A DNA stretch of 64,000 bases. Origin: Candidatus Latescibacterota bacterium. GTDB taxonomy: Bacteria; Latescibacterota; UBA2968; UBA8231. A program made the position numbers and the translations under genes. Numbering within the stretch: position 1 is the first letter of the stretch; the number at the start of each line of letters is the position of its first letter. Below, one piece after another: positions 20,590 through 29,797 of the stretch. Below the pieces are notes generated by a model. It searched no databases. It had not been told where the DNA came from and worked only from the letters and a program-made list of their open reading frames with translations. The DNA lies in the NCBI GenBank assembly GCA_965261395.1, contig OZ253462.1, forward strand, positions 4,928,001 to 4,992,000, given 5' to 3'.

Positions 20590-21339
20590 ATGCTCTTGGC
20601 TATCGACATCGGCAACACCTGCATCGACATCGGTCTTTTGGCCGGTGACTCGACCGTTTTTCACCACAAATTTCCCACGGTCCCCCCGGTCGATGGAGGC
20701 TTACAACGCCTGCTTGCACCGCTTGCCGCACCCCCGGTCGGCGTGGTCATCGGGTCGGTCGTCGCGGAATTGGGAGCTGCATACGCAGAGGCGTGTCGCG
20801 GCCTCTCCTCTGGCCCCGTCCTCCAAGCGCGCAGCACGTGGGATTGGGGCCTGCACATCGACTACGACGACCCCGCTCGGCTTGGTGTTGACCGCCTCGC
20901 CGCAGCCGCGGCCGCCCATCGAGCAGCCACGGTCGGACGGGCGGCCGTGGTCGTCGATGCTGGCACCGCGCTAACGGTCGATGCCATCGACGCCGAAGGC
21001 ACCTTTCGCGGCGGCGCCATTGCCCTTGGGCTGCGCCTCGGATTAAACGCCCTCAGCACGGGCACCAGCTTCTTGCCCCAAGTCGAGTTAGCGACCACAA
21101 CGCCCCTGTTGGGAAAAAACACCACGGACGGGCTGGGATCGGGGGCATTGCACGGATCGGCCGCGCTCGTCGAGGGCCTCTGCGTGCGCATGGCCGCGGT
21201 CTTAGACAGCCCCATCGCGATCTTCCTCACCGGCGGCGACGCCCCCCTGCTTCAGCCGCATATCGCTGCGGTTCATACTTGCGATCCAGACCTCGTCCTC
21301 CGCGGCTTGGCCCTCGCGTACAGACAGCGCACTTCTTGA
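20590..21339 (+). CDS. coaX: Type III pantothenate kinase
   Basis: LAIDIGNT, LGVDR, VVDAGTALTVD, GGAI, LTGGDA, DLVLRGL. Confidence 0.92.
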   Translation: MLLAIDIGNTCIDIGLLAGDSTVFHHKFPTVPPVDGGLQRLLAPLAAPPVGVVIGSVVAELGAAYAEACRGLSSGPVLQARSTWDWGLHIDYDDPARLGVDRLAAAAAAHRAATVGRAAVVVDAGTALTVDAIDAEGTFRGGAIALGLRLGLNALSTGTSFLPQVELATTTPLLGKNTTDGLGSGALHGSAALVEGLCVRMAAVLDSPIAIFLTGGDAPLLQPHIAAVHTCDPDLVLRGLALAYRQRTS

Positions 21340-21408
21340 CTCGATACCAGCCCGTCCATAGTATCCTTAACAGCAACTCGGTACGCCCCACTGACCAAGG
21401 AGTGTCGC

Positions 21409-23283
21409 TTGTTCATTTTGCGCATTTCGCTACTGTTCACCTTCGTCGCGTCCGCCTCCGACCTGCGGGCCGAGCGCTCCGTTGAAGATGAATACAAAGC
21501 CCTGTTGTGGAAGACGGCCCAGACCATTCATCAGTACTACTTTGAAGAAGTGCACCCCGATTCCCTCGTGCAGGCGGCTGCGCGCGGGATATTCAATACC
21601 TTGGATCCAGCCTCGGAATACACGCTCAATGGCCGCGCCCAAGTCGACGGCGAGAGCACTACAAGGCAGCTAAACCACCGCCTCTACACCCTCATGCAGA
21701 TGGCCCAAGCCATTGACGAGGATGCCTTTTATCCCGTTACCGCAGATACGCTAATCCGCTTTGGCATCGCTGGGATGATGGAAATTCTCGATCCCTATTC
21801 GGTCTTTTTGGAAAAGCGCAACCTCGACAATTTCAATATCCAGACCCAAGGCAAATACGGGGGGCTGGGCTTCCGCATCCAAGTCGTCTATCCCGACAGC
21901 GCAATTGCCGTATGGGCCCTCGTACACGACCAGACTCCAGCGGCCCTAGCTGGCGTCAAGTCGGGCGACCTCATCACCGCGATCAACAACACTTCCACCA
22001 AGGGCATGTCGGCCGGCGTGGCCGCCGACAGCATGCGCGGCCTGCCCGGCACCTCCGTGACCCTGACCCTAGAGCGCGCCGACCGCCCCACCCCCTTTGA
22101 CCTGACGATCGAACGCCAAGAAGTGCAGATGAACAGCGTCTCCTTGGCCACCCTCTTCCCCGGCTACACTGGCTACATCAAGCTCGACAGCTTCCAAAAA
22201 GGGTCGAGCCGGGAGATGTTCAACGCCATCGTCGAGCTAGAGGAACAAGGCATGGAGCGGCTGATCTTCGACCTGCGCAACAACGGCGGCGGGTACCTCG
22301 AAGAAGCCGTGCATATCGCCGACCTCTTCCTGCCCCGCGACCACCTCGTGGTCTTTACCGCGGGCCGCGCCTTCCAAGACACGGCCAGATACGCGACCCG
22401 CGAGGACGCCCTGCTGCACGACACACCCCTCATCGTCTTGGTCAATCACCAGTCCGCTTCGGCATCCGAGATCGTCGCCGGTGCCGTTCAAGACTGGGAC
22501 CGCGGACTGGTGCTGGGGACTACGACCGTGGGCAAGGGATCCGTTCAGCAGGTCGTCCCCATCGACGACCGCGCCGAGCTCAAGCTGACCATGGCCGCTT
22601 GGCACACGCCTTCGGGCCGCTCCATCGACAAGCGCATGCGCAAGGACTCCACCCTCGTGCGCGGGTACGACAAGGCGTTCAAGACCCTCCGGCTCGAGCG
22701 CATCGTCCACGGCGGCGGCGGCATCGTCCCAGACATGGAGGTGCCTGGGCGCAGCGGCAGCCGCCTCTACGGACAGCTCAGCGGCTTCTACAACCTCAAC
22801 AACCAATTCTTCTACTACGCTCGCGAGCATCGGCTCAACTATCCAGACCTAACTCCAGACTTCGTCGTCGGCCCAGAGGACCTAGCTGCTTTCCGCGCCT
22901 TTGCCGAAAACCGCAGCTTTGACTACATCAGCGAGCTCGAAGCCCAAGTCGAGGAATTGGACAAGATCTCCGAAGACGAGGAGTACAACCAGCTCGCCAA
23001 GCCACTCAGTCACCTGAGCGACGAAATCGACAAAATCGAGGAAAAACACTGGCAGGAGAACGAAGAACTGATCGCTTGGCGGCTCACCTTCGACATCCTC
23101 GAAAAGGCATTCGGGAATCAAGTGGCCGAAGCGTACAATGTCACCGTGGATCCCCAAGTGCTGGAGGCACGCCGCATCATCGCCGACCCGAGCGAGTACC
23201 AGATGTGGTTCGACAAGGGGGAAATAGGCGCACCAGAAGAGGATTCCATCGTCCAAGAAGACGGCAGCGGCGATCTCCAGTAG
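21409..23283 (+). CDS. ctpA: S41-family carboxyl-terminal processing protease (PDZ + catalytic domain)
   Basis: LDPYS, YGGLG, DLRNNGGG, SASASEIVAGAVQD, TVGKGSVQ, TPSGRSI, GGGIVPD. Confidence 0.9.
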   Translation: MFILRISLLFTFVASASDLRAERSVEDEYKALLWKTAQTIHQYYFEEVHPDSLVQAAARGIFNTLDPASEYTLNGRAQVDGESTTRQLNHRLYTLMQMAQAIDEDAFYPVTADTLIRFGIAGMMEILDPYSVFLEKRNLDNFNIQTQGKYGGLGFRIQVVYPDSAIAVWALVHDQTPAALAGVKSGDLITAINNTSTKGMSAGVAADSMRGLPGTSVTLTLERADRPTPFDLTIERQEVQMNSVSLATLFPGYTGYIKLDSFQKGSSREMFNAIVELEEQGMERLIFDLRNNGGGYLEEAVHIADLFLPRDHLVVFTAGRAFQDTARYATREDALLHDTPLIVLVNHQSASASEIVAGAVQDWDRGLVLGTTTVGKGSVQQVVPIDDRAELKLTMAAWHTPSGRSIDKRMRKDSTLVRGYDKAFKTLRLERIVHGGGGIVPDMEVPGRSGSRLYGQLSGFYNLNNQFFYYAREHRLNYPDLTPDFVVGPEDLAAFRAFAENRSFDYISELEAQVEELDKISEDEEYNQLAKPLSHLSDEIDKIEEKHWQENEELIAWRLTFDILEKAFGNQVAEAYNVTVDPQVLEARRIIADPSEYQMWFDKGEIGAPEEDSIVQEDGSGDLQ

Positions 23284-23302
23284 GAGCTTGTATTCTTGCG
23301 GC

Positions 23303-24526
23303 ATGAATCGCTTTAGAGGGCCTGTTCCCTACCTCGCCGCGGGCCTTTTAATTCACGTCTTTTTCCTCGCCGCGCTCGACACCGACCTCCTCCGGCCCCT
23401 CTTCAACGACGCCTCCCACACCCGCCGCGGCTTTGATTTCGGGGTTTTCTATTTGGCGGGCCAAGCCCTAGCCGAAGGCCGCGACATCTACTCGGTGTCG
23501 GGTGCCTTCGGCTTCCGCTATCTGCCGGCCTTTGCCTTAGTCGCCAGCCTTTTCGCCCACTTTCAGCCCCTCACTGCATACCTCCTGCACCTCTGCTGCA
23601 CTGAGCTTTTTCTCGCCGCCAACCTCTATCTGACTTGGCGGTGGGTCGAAGAGCCGCGCCGGGGCTTGGCCTTGTTTATGTGGTTGGCGTACTCGCCTTA
23701 TTTTCTCGAACTCTACATGGGGCAAGTCAGCTTCTGGGCGGCCTCGCTGCTCTTTTGGCTCATCGTCGGCCTCCATAGCGGTCGGAAGTGGGCGGCCGGT
23801 TTCTGTTGGATGGGTGCCCTCTTAGTCAAACCCAACGCCCTCATCCTCGCGCCCGCGCTTTTGAGGCTCCGCGCCTGGCGCGTCCTCGCCTTGGGGCTGC
23901 TGGCAGGCTCGCTTACTTCGCTGCCCTACTTCCTCCTGCATTCAGATAGCTTGGCGGCCTTTTTCGCCGCCAATGTCCATGGTGCTCCCGTCCAAGGTGC
24001 CCTCACCCACGCCGGCAATCTCGGGCTGCAAGGCGGTCTGGTCAGCGGGGCCGCCCAGCTAGCCGGGCGGCCCCTGGCCGAGCTGACGACCCTCGCGGAC
24101 CTTCCCCTCGCCGGCCGCGCAGTCATCTATTTCTCGCAGGTCGCCATCCTCGTCGCAGCACTGGTAGCCACCTTGCGCAGACGCGATGCCCTGCCGCTGC
24201 TCGCGCTGTGGATGTGTACCTTTTTTTTCGTTTACAAAGACGTTTGGGAGCACCACTACGTCTTCCTCCAGCCCGTACTCGTGAGCTTGTATGCGCATTC
24301 AAGTTCTTCCAAGCTCTTGTGGATATTTGCTTTTATCGCTCTGCCAACGCCCTTTGTCTTCTTCGACATCGAGCCTGGGGTCTATGGGCCTATCGACCCT
24401 GAACGCACGTGGGGGCCGGTCGCTTCCATCGCCTATCGCAGTACCAAACTCATTCCCCTCGGCTGCCTGTGGTACGGGCTGTGCCGCACGTGCTTGGCCG
24501 CTACGCCCGCACCAGCCAAGCCTTGA
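23303..24526 (+). CDS. Polytopic GT-C glycosyltransferase family 87 (DUF2029)-like protein
   Basis: DFGVFYLAG...IY...FRYLP, GQV, LVKP, VWEHHYV; multiple TM helices. Confidence 0.75.
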   Translation: MNRFRGPVPYLAAGLLIHVFFLAALDTDLLRPLFNDASHTRRGFDFGVFYLAGQALAEGRDIYSVSGAFGFRYLPAFALVASLFAHFQPLTAYLLHLCCTELFLAANLYLTWRWVEEPRRGLALFMWLAYSPYFLELYMGQVSFWAASLLFWLIVGLHSGRKWAAGFCWMGALLVKPNALILAPALLRLRAWRVLALGLLAGSLTSLPYFLLHSDSLAAFFAANVHGAPVQGALTHAGNLGLQGGLVSGAAQLAGRPLAELTTLADLPLAGRAVIYFSQVAILVAALVATLRRRDALPLLALWMCTFFFVYKDVWEHHYVFLQPVLVSLYAHSSSSKLLWIFAFIALPTPFVFFDIEPGVYGPIDPERTWGPVASIAYRSTKLIPLGCLWYGLCRTCLAATPAPAKP

Positions 24527-24598
24527 TATTGGCATGCCGGAGCCGTATTATATTTTATTCTATATTGTTTTTAGTTTCAGCCTTTTCCCGTCTGTCTT

Positions 24599-25486
24599 AT
24601 GGCATCTGACTCCAAGCGCCGCCTCCCACCCTGGCTCAAGGCTAAAGCACCAGGCCACCCCAATTACATCGCCCTAAAAAACCTGCTCGCCGATTTACAG
24701 CTAAACACCGTATGCGAGAGTGCCCAGTGCCCCAACATCGGCGAGTGCTGGAGCCAGCGCACGGCGACCTTTATGATTTTGGGCGATGTCTGCACTCGCA
24801 ACTGCGGGTTTTGCGCGATCAAGACGGGCCGCCCCCTCAGGCTCGACGAAGGGGAGCCTGAGCGAGTCGCCGCTGCCATTGCTCACCTCGGGCTAGACCA
24901 CGCGGTGATTACCTCGGTCAATCGCGACGAACTGCCAGACGGCGGGGCGCGCATCTTCGCCCGGACGATCTCGGCAGTACATCACCTTTGCCCCGAGACG
25001 AGCGTCGAAGTCCTGATCCCGGACTTCAAGGGTGACTGGCAGGCCCTAGCCACCATCCTCGCGGCCGACCCGGATATCCTCAACCACAACATCGAGACTC
25101 CGCCGCGCCTCTACCCCACCATGCGCCCCCAAGCCCAGTACGGCCGCTCGCTGGAGCTCCTCGACCGGGCTCGCAAGATGAATCCTGCCCCCACCAAGTC
25201 CGGCATGATGTTGGGTGCCGGCGAAACCAAAAGTGAAATAGCCCGGAGCATCCAAGACCTAGCGGATGTCGGCTGCGCCATCCTGACTTTGGGCCAATAC
25301 CTAAGCCCGTCCGCCCACCACGTGCCCGTAGAGCGCTTCGTCCACCCAGACGAGTTCGCGACGTGGCGGTGCTTTGCCCTTGGTCTGGGCTTCCGCCACG
25401 TCGAGTCCGGCCCACTGGTGCGCAGTTCGTACCACGCCGCCAGCCAAGTCGAACAGGTGCGGGCCGCCACCGCCACTCCCTCTTGA
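24599..25486 (+). CDS. lipA: Lipoyl synthase
   Basis: CESAQCPNIGEC, CTRNCGFC, ITSVNRDEL, HNIET, GQYL, GPLVRSSYHA. Confidence 0.97.
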   Translation: MASDSKRRLPPWLKAKAPGHPNYIALKNLLADLQLNTVCESAQCPNIGECWSQRTATFMILGDVCTRNCGFCAIKTGRPLRLDEGEPERVAAAIAHLGLDHAVITSVNRDELPDGGARIFARTISAVHHLCPETSVEVLIPDFKGDWQALATILAADPDILNHNIETPPRLYPTMRPQAQYGRSLELLDRARKMNPAPTKSGMMLGAGETKSEIARSIQDLADVGCAILTLGQYLSPSAHHVPVERFVHPDEFATWRCFALGLGFRHVESGPLVRSSYHAASQVEQVRAATATPS

Positions 25487-25495
25487 GAGAAGCCG

Positions 25496-26500
25496 ATGAA
25501 CCTAGAGAAAAAGGCTATACCCGAATATCTGCAACGCAAGAAACTACTCGCCGACAGGGGCCCGATCCGCATCCAGACCTTGAGCAACGAGTTGAAAAAT
25601 AGGGTGTACTACGTGGCGTCACCCAATCAGGCTTGGATCGTCAAGCAAGCGCACTCGCGCGTCCAAATCAAGGAGCGCTGGTGGATCAATCGGCGGCGCA
25701 TCTTCGCCGAGAAGAGCTGCATCGAGCTGTTGGCGCAATTCCTCGCTCCCGAGATCCTGCCGGAAGTCTTGCTCGAAGACCGCACGGACTTCATCCTCGT
25801 GACAACCCCACCACCGCACAACGCCCTATCGTGGGAAAGCGACTTGATCAACGGCCGCATTGACCTGCAAATCGCCGTCCAGTGCGGCGAGCTACTGGCC
25901 ACCGTCCACAACGAAACAGCCGGCGCGGCCGAGGTCGCGGCCAAGTTTGCAGACACCAAGGCATTTGAGCAATTGCGCATCGACCCTCATTACAACTACG
26001 TCGCCAAGGCCTATCCCGATCTCAAAAAGGCCATTGCCGTCCACACTAACCGCCTGCTCAACGAGGGATTTTGCCTCGTCTTGGGCGACCTACGGCCCCG
26101 CAATATATGGGTCGCCAACGGCCAGCCCTATTGGGTCGATTTTGCCACCGCCCACTACGGCTACCCTGCCTTTGACCTCGCCTTCTACACGGCCGATATG
26201 TGCATCAAGGCCATGCAGAACACCGCCCAAAAAGCCGCCTATTTAGAGGCCGTCAATGTATTCTGGAACAGCTATTTTCAGAGCGCGAGCTACGAGAAGG
26301 CCGAGGAAGTCAAACACCAAGCCGTACGCGACCTCGGCTGCCTGCTGTTGAGCGCAACCGACGGCCGCCGGCCAGTAGGGCTCGATGACGAGCGCATCAT
26401 CGGGCTCTCTCGGCGCATTGCCCAGAGCCTGATTTTAACGGGGTTGGGGCGAATCGAGGACGTCACCGAGTTTGTCAATCGGACCCTGATCGACGGCTAG
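25496..26500 (+). CDS. Aminoglycoside-phosphotransferase / methylthioribose-kinase-like fold protein
   Basis: IVKQA, F.QLRIDP, LVLGDLRPRNI, VDF...YGYPAFDLAF. Confidence 0.7.
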   Translation: MNLEKKAIPEYLQRKKLLADRGPIRIQTLSNELKNRVYYVASPNQAWIVKQAHSRVQIKERWWINRRRIFAEKSCIELLAQFLAPEILPEVLLEDRTDFILVTTPPPHNALSWESDLINGRIDLQIAVQCGELLATVHNETAGAAEVAAKFADTKAFEQLRIDPHYNYVAKAYPDLKKAIAVHTNRLLNEGFCLVLGDLRPRNIWVANGQPYWVDFATAHYGYPAFDLAFYTADMCIKAMQNTAQKAAYLEAVNVFWNSYFQSASYEKAEEVKHQAVRDLGCLLLSATDGRRPVGLDDERIIGLSRRIAQSLILTGLGRIEDVTEFVNRTLIDG

Positions 26501-27233
26501 TCCGCTGCAAATCCCCGCTGCTAGATCGGATGTGCACCGCCATCGCCTGTCGCGCGGCCTCCGCATCCCGCCGCTGCAATGCCTCCAAGATCTGGTGGTG
26601 TTCCGCCAGCGAAAGTTCGGCCCGAGGGCCAGCCAGCGACGGCTCCGCTAAGCTTTCCTTGATCCATTCTTGTAGGTAGTTGCGCGTGGTTTCGAGCAAG
26701 CTGTAGAGGATGGAATTGTGCGTGGCTCGGGCAATGAGTAGGTGGAACTGCAAATCGCTAGCGAGGAAGCGTCCCTCGTCGGCCAGTCCCCCGGCCATGC
26801 CGGCCAGCGTGTCGGCAATAGCCTCCAAGTCAGCGGGCGTGGCCCGCTCGGCCGCCAAATAGGCGTTTTGCGACTCGAGCATCATCCGCGTCTCGCTCAG
26901 GTCTTGAAGCTTCTTGCCGTCGAGCAAAAACCCCCACTGCAGTGCCCGCTCCACGTATTGGCCCTTGTCGCAGACAAAGGTGCCCTCGCCCACGCGGCCG
27001 TCGAGCAGGCCCATCATGGACAACGAGCGCAGAGCTTCGCGCAGCGAGGAGCGCCCAACCTGAAAGCGCTTGCACAGCTCCCGTTCCGGCGGCAGCCTAT
27101 CGCCGGGCTTGAGGACGTTGCGCTCGATTAAGTCCGCTATCTGCGCGATGATCCCGTCGCTTACAGACGTGCGCTGCACCGGGCGCATGGCCGCGGCTGC
27201 GGCTTTCTTAGCAGAGTGGGCCAAGGTATTCAA
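26475..27233 (-). CDS. FadR/GntR-family transcriptional regulator (alternative start 27188)
   Basis: LKPGDRLPPERELC.RFQVGRSSLREAL...GEGTFV; FCD domain with D..FH...ATHN and EH..I. Confidence 0.93.
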   Translation of the reverse strand: MNTLAHSAKKAAAAAMRPVQRTSVSDGIIAQIADLIERNVLKPGDRLPPERELCKRFQVGRSSLREALRSLSMMGLLDGRVGEGTFVCDKGQYVERALQWGFLLDGKKLQDLSETRMMLESQNAYLAAERATPADLEAIADTLAGMAGGLADEGRFLASDLQFHLLIARATHNSILYSLLETTRNYLQEWIKESLAEPSLAGPRAELSLAEHHQILEALQRRDAEAARQAMAVHIRSSSGDLQRTSRRSGSD

Positions 27234-27261
27234 TCGCGGATGGCGGAAAAAATATTTGCCG

Positions 27262-27274
27262 ATGGTCAGACCAT
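27262..27274. promoter_or_regulatory. Probable FadR-type operator ATGGTCAGACCAT between the divergent regulator and the corrinoid operon
   Basis: Perfect palindrome around a central A; matches the TGGT-N3-ACCA form of FadR-subfamily boxes (PdhR/LldR type). Confidence 0.7.
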
Positions 27275-27326
27275 TAGCTATTTTGACTAAACAGTACTCA
27301 ACCTAGCGCTTTGCTGTCAAGAGGAA

Positions 27327-27968
27327 ATGCAGATGGCACAAACTTTGGACCTTGGCTCGCGCGTCGAATTGGTCTCCATGGACCCCCACTTCGACGACAT
27401 TTCCATCGCCCTCTATTGCCCGGACGGACCCGGCCTCCCCTGTTACCAAGTCCACACCTACAGCCGGCGGCCCGGCGCGGCCGAGCGCGTCGCTGGAGTC
27501 GCCCGCGCCATGCAGGTGCTCGGGGGCATGGAACAAACGAGCGCCGGCCCCCTCAGCTTTTCCTGCGGCCACGCCCATCGGCTCGCGGTCAAGCGGATCT
27601 TCCTAGAGGCTTGCAAGCTGCCGCCGGCGCAGCCCATTGAGCCGCGTCCGCTGCACATCTTCGACAAAAAGGCCAACGCCACCATTGCCGTCGCCAGCCT
27701 CGGGCAGGGCCTATATGAGGCCCGCGCCACCGAATCGGTCCAAGGCGTAGAACGCCGCGTCACCACCATCGCCCGCGGCCTAATCCGCCTCGGCGAAATG
27801 GACGAGGTCGCCGACCAACCCAACCAAGCTCAGTTCGGCTGCGGCGAGGCACATGACGCCTTGATCGGCCTCTTGCTCGTCCGCGCCCCCAACGTGCGAG
27901 CTGCCGTGCGCGAGGCCGAATCCCTAGCCAACCGCGGCGTGCTCTCAGCCCCCAGCGCCCAGGAATAA
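27327..27968 (+). CDS. Hypothetical protein with duplicated F-x-C-G-x-A-H motif, first gene of the corrinoid operon
   Basis: SD GAGG; 10-nt gap to the next gene; internal twofold repeat. Confidence 0.8.
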   Translation: MQMAQTLDLGSRVELVSMDPHFDDISIALYCPDGPGLPCYQVHTYSRRPGAAERVAGVARAMQVLGGMEQTSAGPLSFSCGHAHRLAVKRIFLEACKLPPAQPIEPRPLHIFDKKANATIAVASLGQGLYEARATESVQGVERRVTTIARGLIRLGEMDEVADQPNQAQFGCGEAHDALIGLLLVRAPNVRAAVREAESLANRGVLSAPSAQE

Positions 27969-27978
27969 GGAGTCTATC

Positions 27979-29013
27979 ATGCCCACTTCGATGACCAGCC
28001 GCGAACGCGTCCTCGCCGCCCTCGCCCGCCAGCCTGTGGACCGCACCCCGCTCTGCAACCCGACCTCGTTGGCCACCGTCGAATTGATGGACCTCGTCGA
28101 TGCCCCCTTCCCCGCGGCCAACCGCGAGCCCGAACTCATGGCGCGGCTGGCTGCCACCGGCTACACCGAGTTGGGCTTTGACACCATCATGCCGGTCTTC
28201 ACCATCATTCAAGAGTCCTCGGCCCTCGGGTGCAAAATTCAGTGGGAGCAAAAGGACAATTGGCCCACTGTCCGCATGAACGAGCCAATCTGGCACGAGC
28301 CAGACGACATCAAAATCCCCGCCGACCTCTGCACGCACCCGGACACGGCCTGCGTCACCGAGGCGATCAAGATTCTGCGCAAGGAATACGGCGACGAAGT
28401 TGCCATCGTCGGCAAGACCATGGGTCCTTGGTCGCTGGCTTACCACTGCTTCGGGGTCGAGCCTTTTCTGCTGCTGTCGCTCGACGACCCCGGCAAGACC
28501 AAGCTCTGCCTCGACCGCATGAAAGAGATCACCATCCAATTTGGGCAGGCGCAAATCGAGGCCGGTGCCGACGCCTTGACCCTGCCCGACCACGCCACCG
28601 GCGACCTCGTCAGCGGTGAGTACTACGAGCGCTATTTGCGCGACCTGCACATCGAGTTTGCCGAGCGGCTGTCCGTGCCCATCATCCTCCATATCTGCGG
28701 TCGCACGGTTGACCGCATGGAGTACATCGCTCAAACCGGCATGGCGGCCTTCCACTACGACTCCAAGAACACGCCCGAAGAATCCACCCAAATCGTGCGT
28801 GACCGCATCTCGTTAGTAGGCAACATCAACAACCCCGAGACCCTCTTTTCCAAAGGGCCGGAAGTCGTCAGCGCCGAAGTCGTGCGCAACCTTGAAGCCG
28901 GCGTCCAGCTCATCGGCCCAGAGTGCGCCATCCCCTTGCAGACCTCCATCGAAAACCTCAAGGCCATCCCCCGCACAGTGCACGAGTGGCACCGGGACCA
29001 AGCTCGCAACTAG
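27979..29013 (+). CDS. MtaA/CmuA-family methyltransferase (URO-D fold, Zn-binding)
   Basis: MTSRERVLAAL, GPWSLA, AQIEAGAD, LHICG (H-x-C), GNINN, GPECAIP. Confidence 0.88.
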   Translation: MPTSMTSRERVLAALARQPVDRTPLCNPTSLATVELMDLVDAPFPAANREPELMARLAATGYTELGFDTIMPVFTIIQESSALGCKIQWEQKDNWPTVRMNEPIWHEPDDIKIPADLCTHPDTACVTEAIKILRKEYGDEVAIVGKTMGPWSLAYHCFGVEPFLLLSLDDPGKTKLCLDRMKEITIQFGQAQIEAGADALTLPDHATGDLVSGEYYERYLRDLHIEFAERLSVPIILHICGRTVDRMEYIAQTGMAAFHYDSKNTPEESTQIVRDRISLVGNINNPETLFSKGPEVVSAEVVRNLEAGVQLIGPECAIPLQTSIENLKAIPRTVHEWHRDQARN

Positions 29014-29026
29014 AAGAAGAGACCCC

Positions 29027-29782
29027 ATGGCAGACATCACCGACATCGCCAACGAATTTATCCGCGAAGAGATCGAAGAGTTCATCGAGCGCGACGAAGA
29101 GCGCGAGCGCATCATCAGCCTCTTTGCCCAAGCCAGCGAACAGATGCAAAACATCGCCGCGGCCCTCATCGACGGTGAGCACCTAACAGTCGACGAGTTG
29201 ACCGGCCAAGCCATTGCCTCGGGCGTGGAGGCCACCGAAGTCATGGACAACGGGCTGATCGCCGGCATGGCTATCGTCGGCATCAAATTCCGCGAAAACT
29301 TCATCTTCGTCCCCGAAGTGTTAGCCTGCGCCCGCGCCATGAAGGCCGGCATGGCCCACATCGAGCCTATTCTCTCGGCCTCGGGCGTCGAGCCGGTCGG
29401 CGTTGTGATCATGGGCACGGTCAAGGGCGATCTCCACGACATCGGCAAAAACTTGTGCATTATGATGCTGCGCGGGTCCGGCTTCGTCGTCCACGACCTC
29501 GGCGTAGATACCTCCGAAGACCAGTTCATCGACGCAGTCGAAGAGCACGGAGCCCCGCTCTTGGGCATGTCGGCCCTGCTGACCACCACCATGCCGAACA
29601 TGGGCAAGACCATCGAGGCCTTCATCGACGCCGACTTGCGCGACGACGTCAAAATCATGGTCGGCGGCGCACCCGTGACCCAGGAATTCGCCGACGACAT
29701 GGGTGCCGACGGCTATGGCAAAGACGCCCTCGCCTGTGTGGCCTTGGCCAAGGACTTGCTGAACGAAATTGAGGACGAGTAG
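29027..29782 (+). CDS. Corrinoid (B12-binding) methyl-carrier protein, MtaC/MttC-like
   Basis: GLIAGM..VG, FVPEVL, GTVKGDLHDIGKNL (DxHxxG), SALLTTTM, VGGAPVT, GADGY. Confidence 0.95.
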   Translation: MADITDIANEFIREEIEEFIERDEERERIISLFAQASEQMQNIAAALIDGEHLTVDELTGQAIASGVEATEVMDNGLIAGMAIVGIKFRENFIFVPEVLACARAMKAGMAHIEPILSASGVEPVGVVIMGTVKGDLHDIGKNLCIMMLRGSGFVVHDLGVDTSEDQFIDAVEEHGAPLLGMSALLTTTMPNMGKTIEAFIDADLRDDVKIMVGGAPVTQEFADDMGADGYGKDALACVALAKDLLNEIEDE

Positions 29783-29797
29783 CGCACCCAGCCTCCC

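Noticed and set aside
27979-29013. Uroporphyrinogen decarboxylase (hemE) call
   Set aside because: Lacks the HemE RQAGR motif, has Zn-type HxC...C ligands and sits beside a corrinoid protein.
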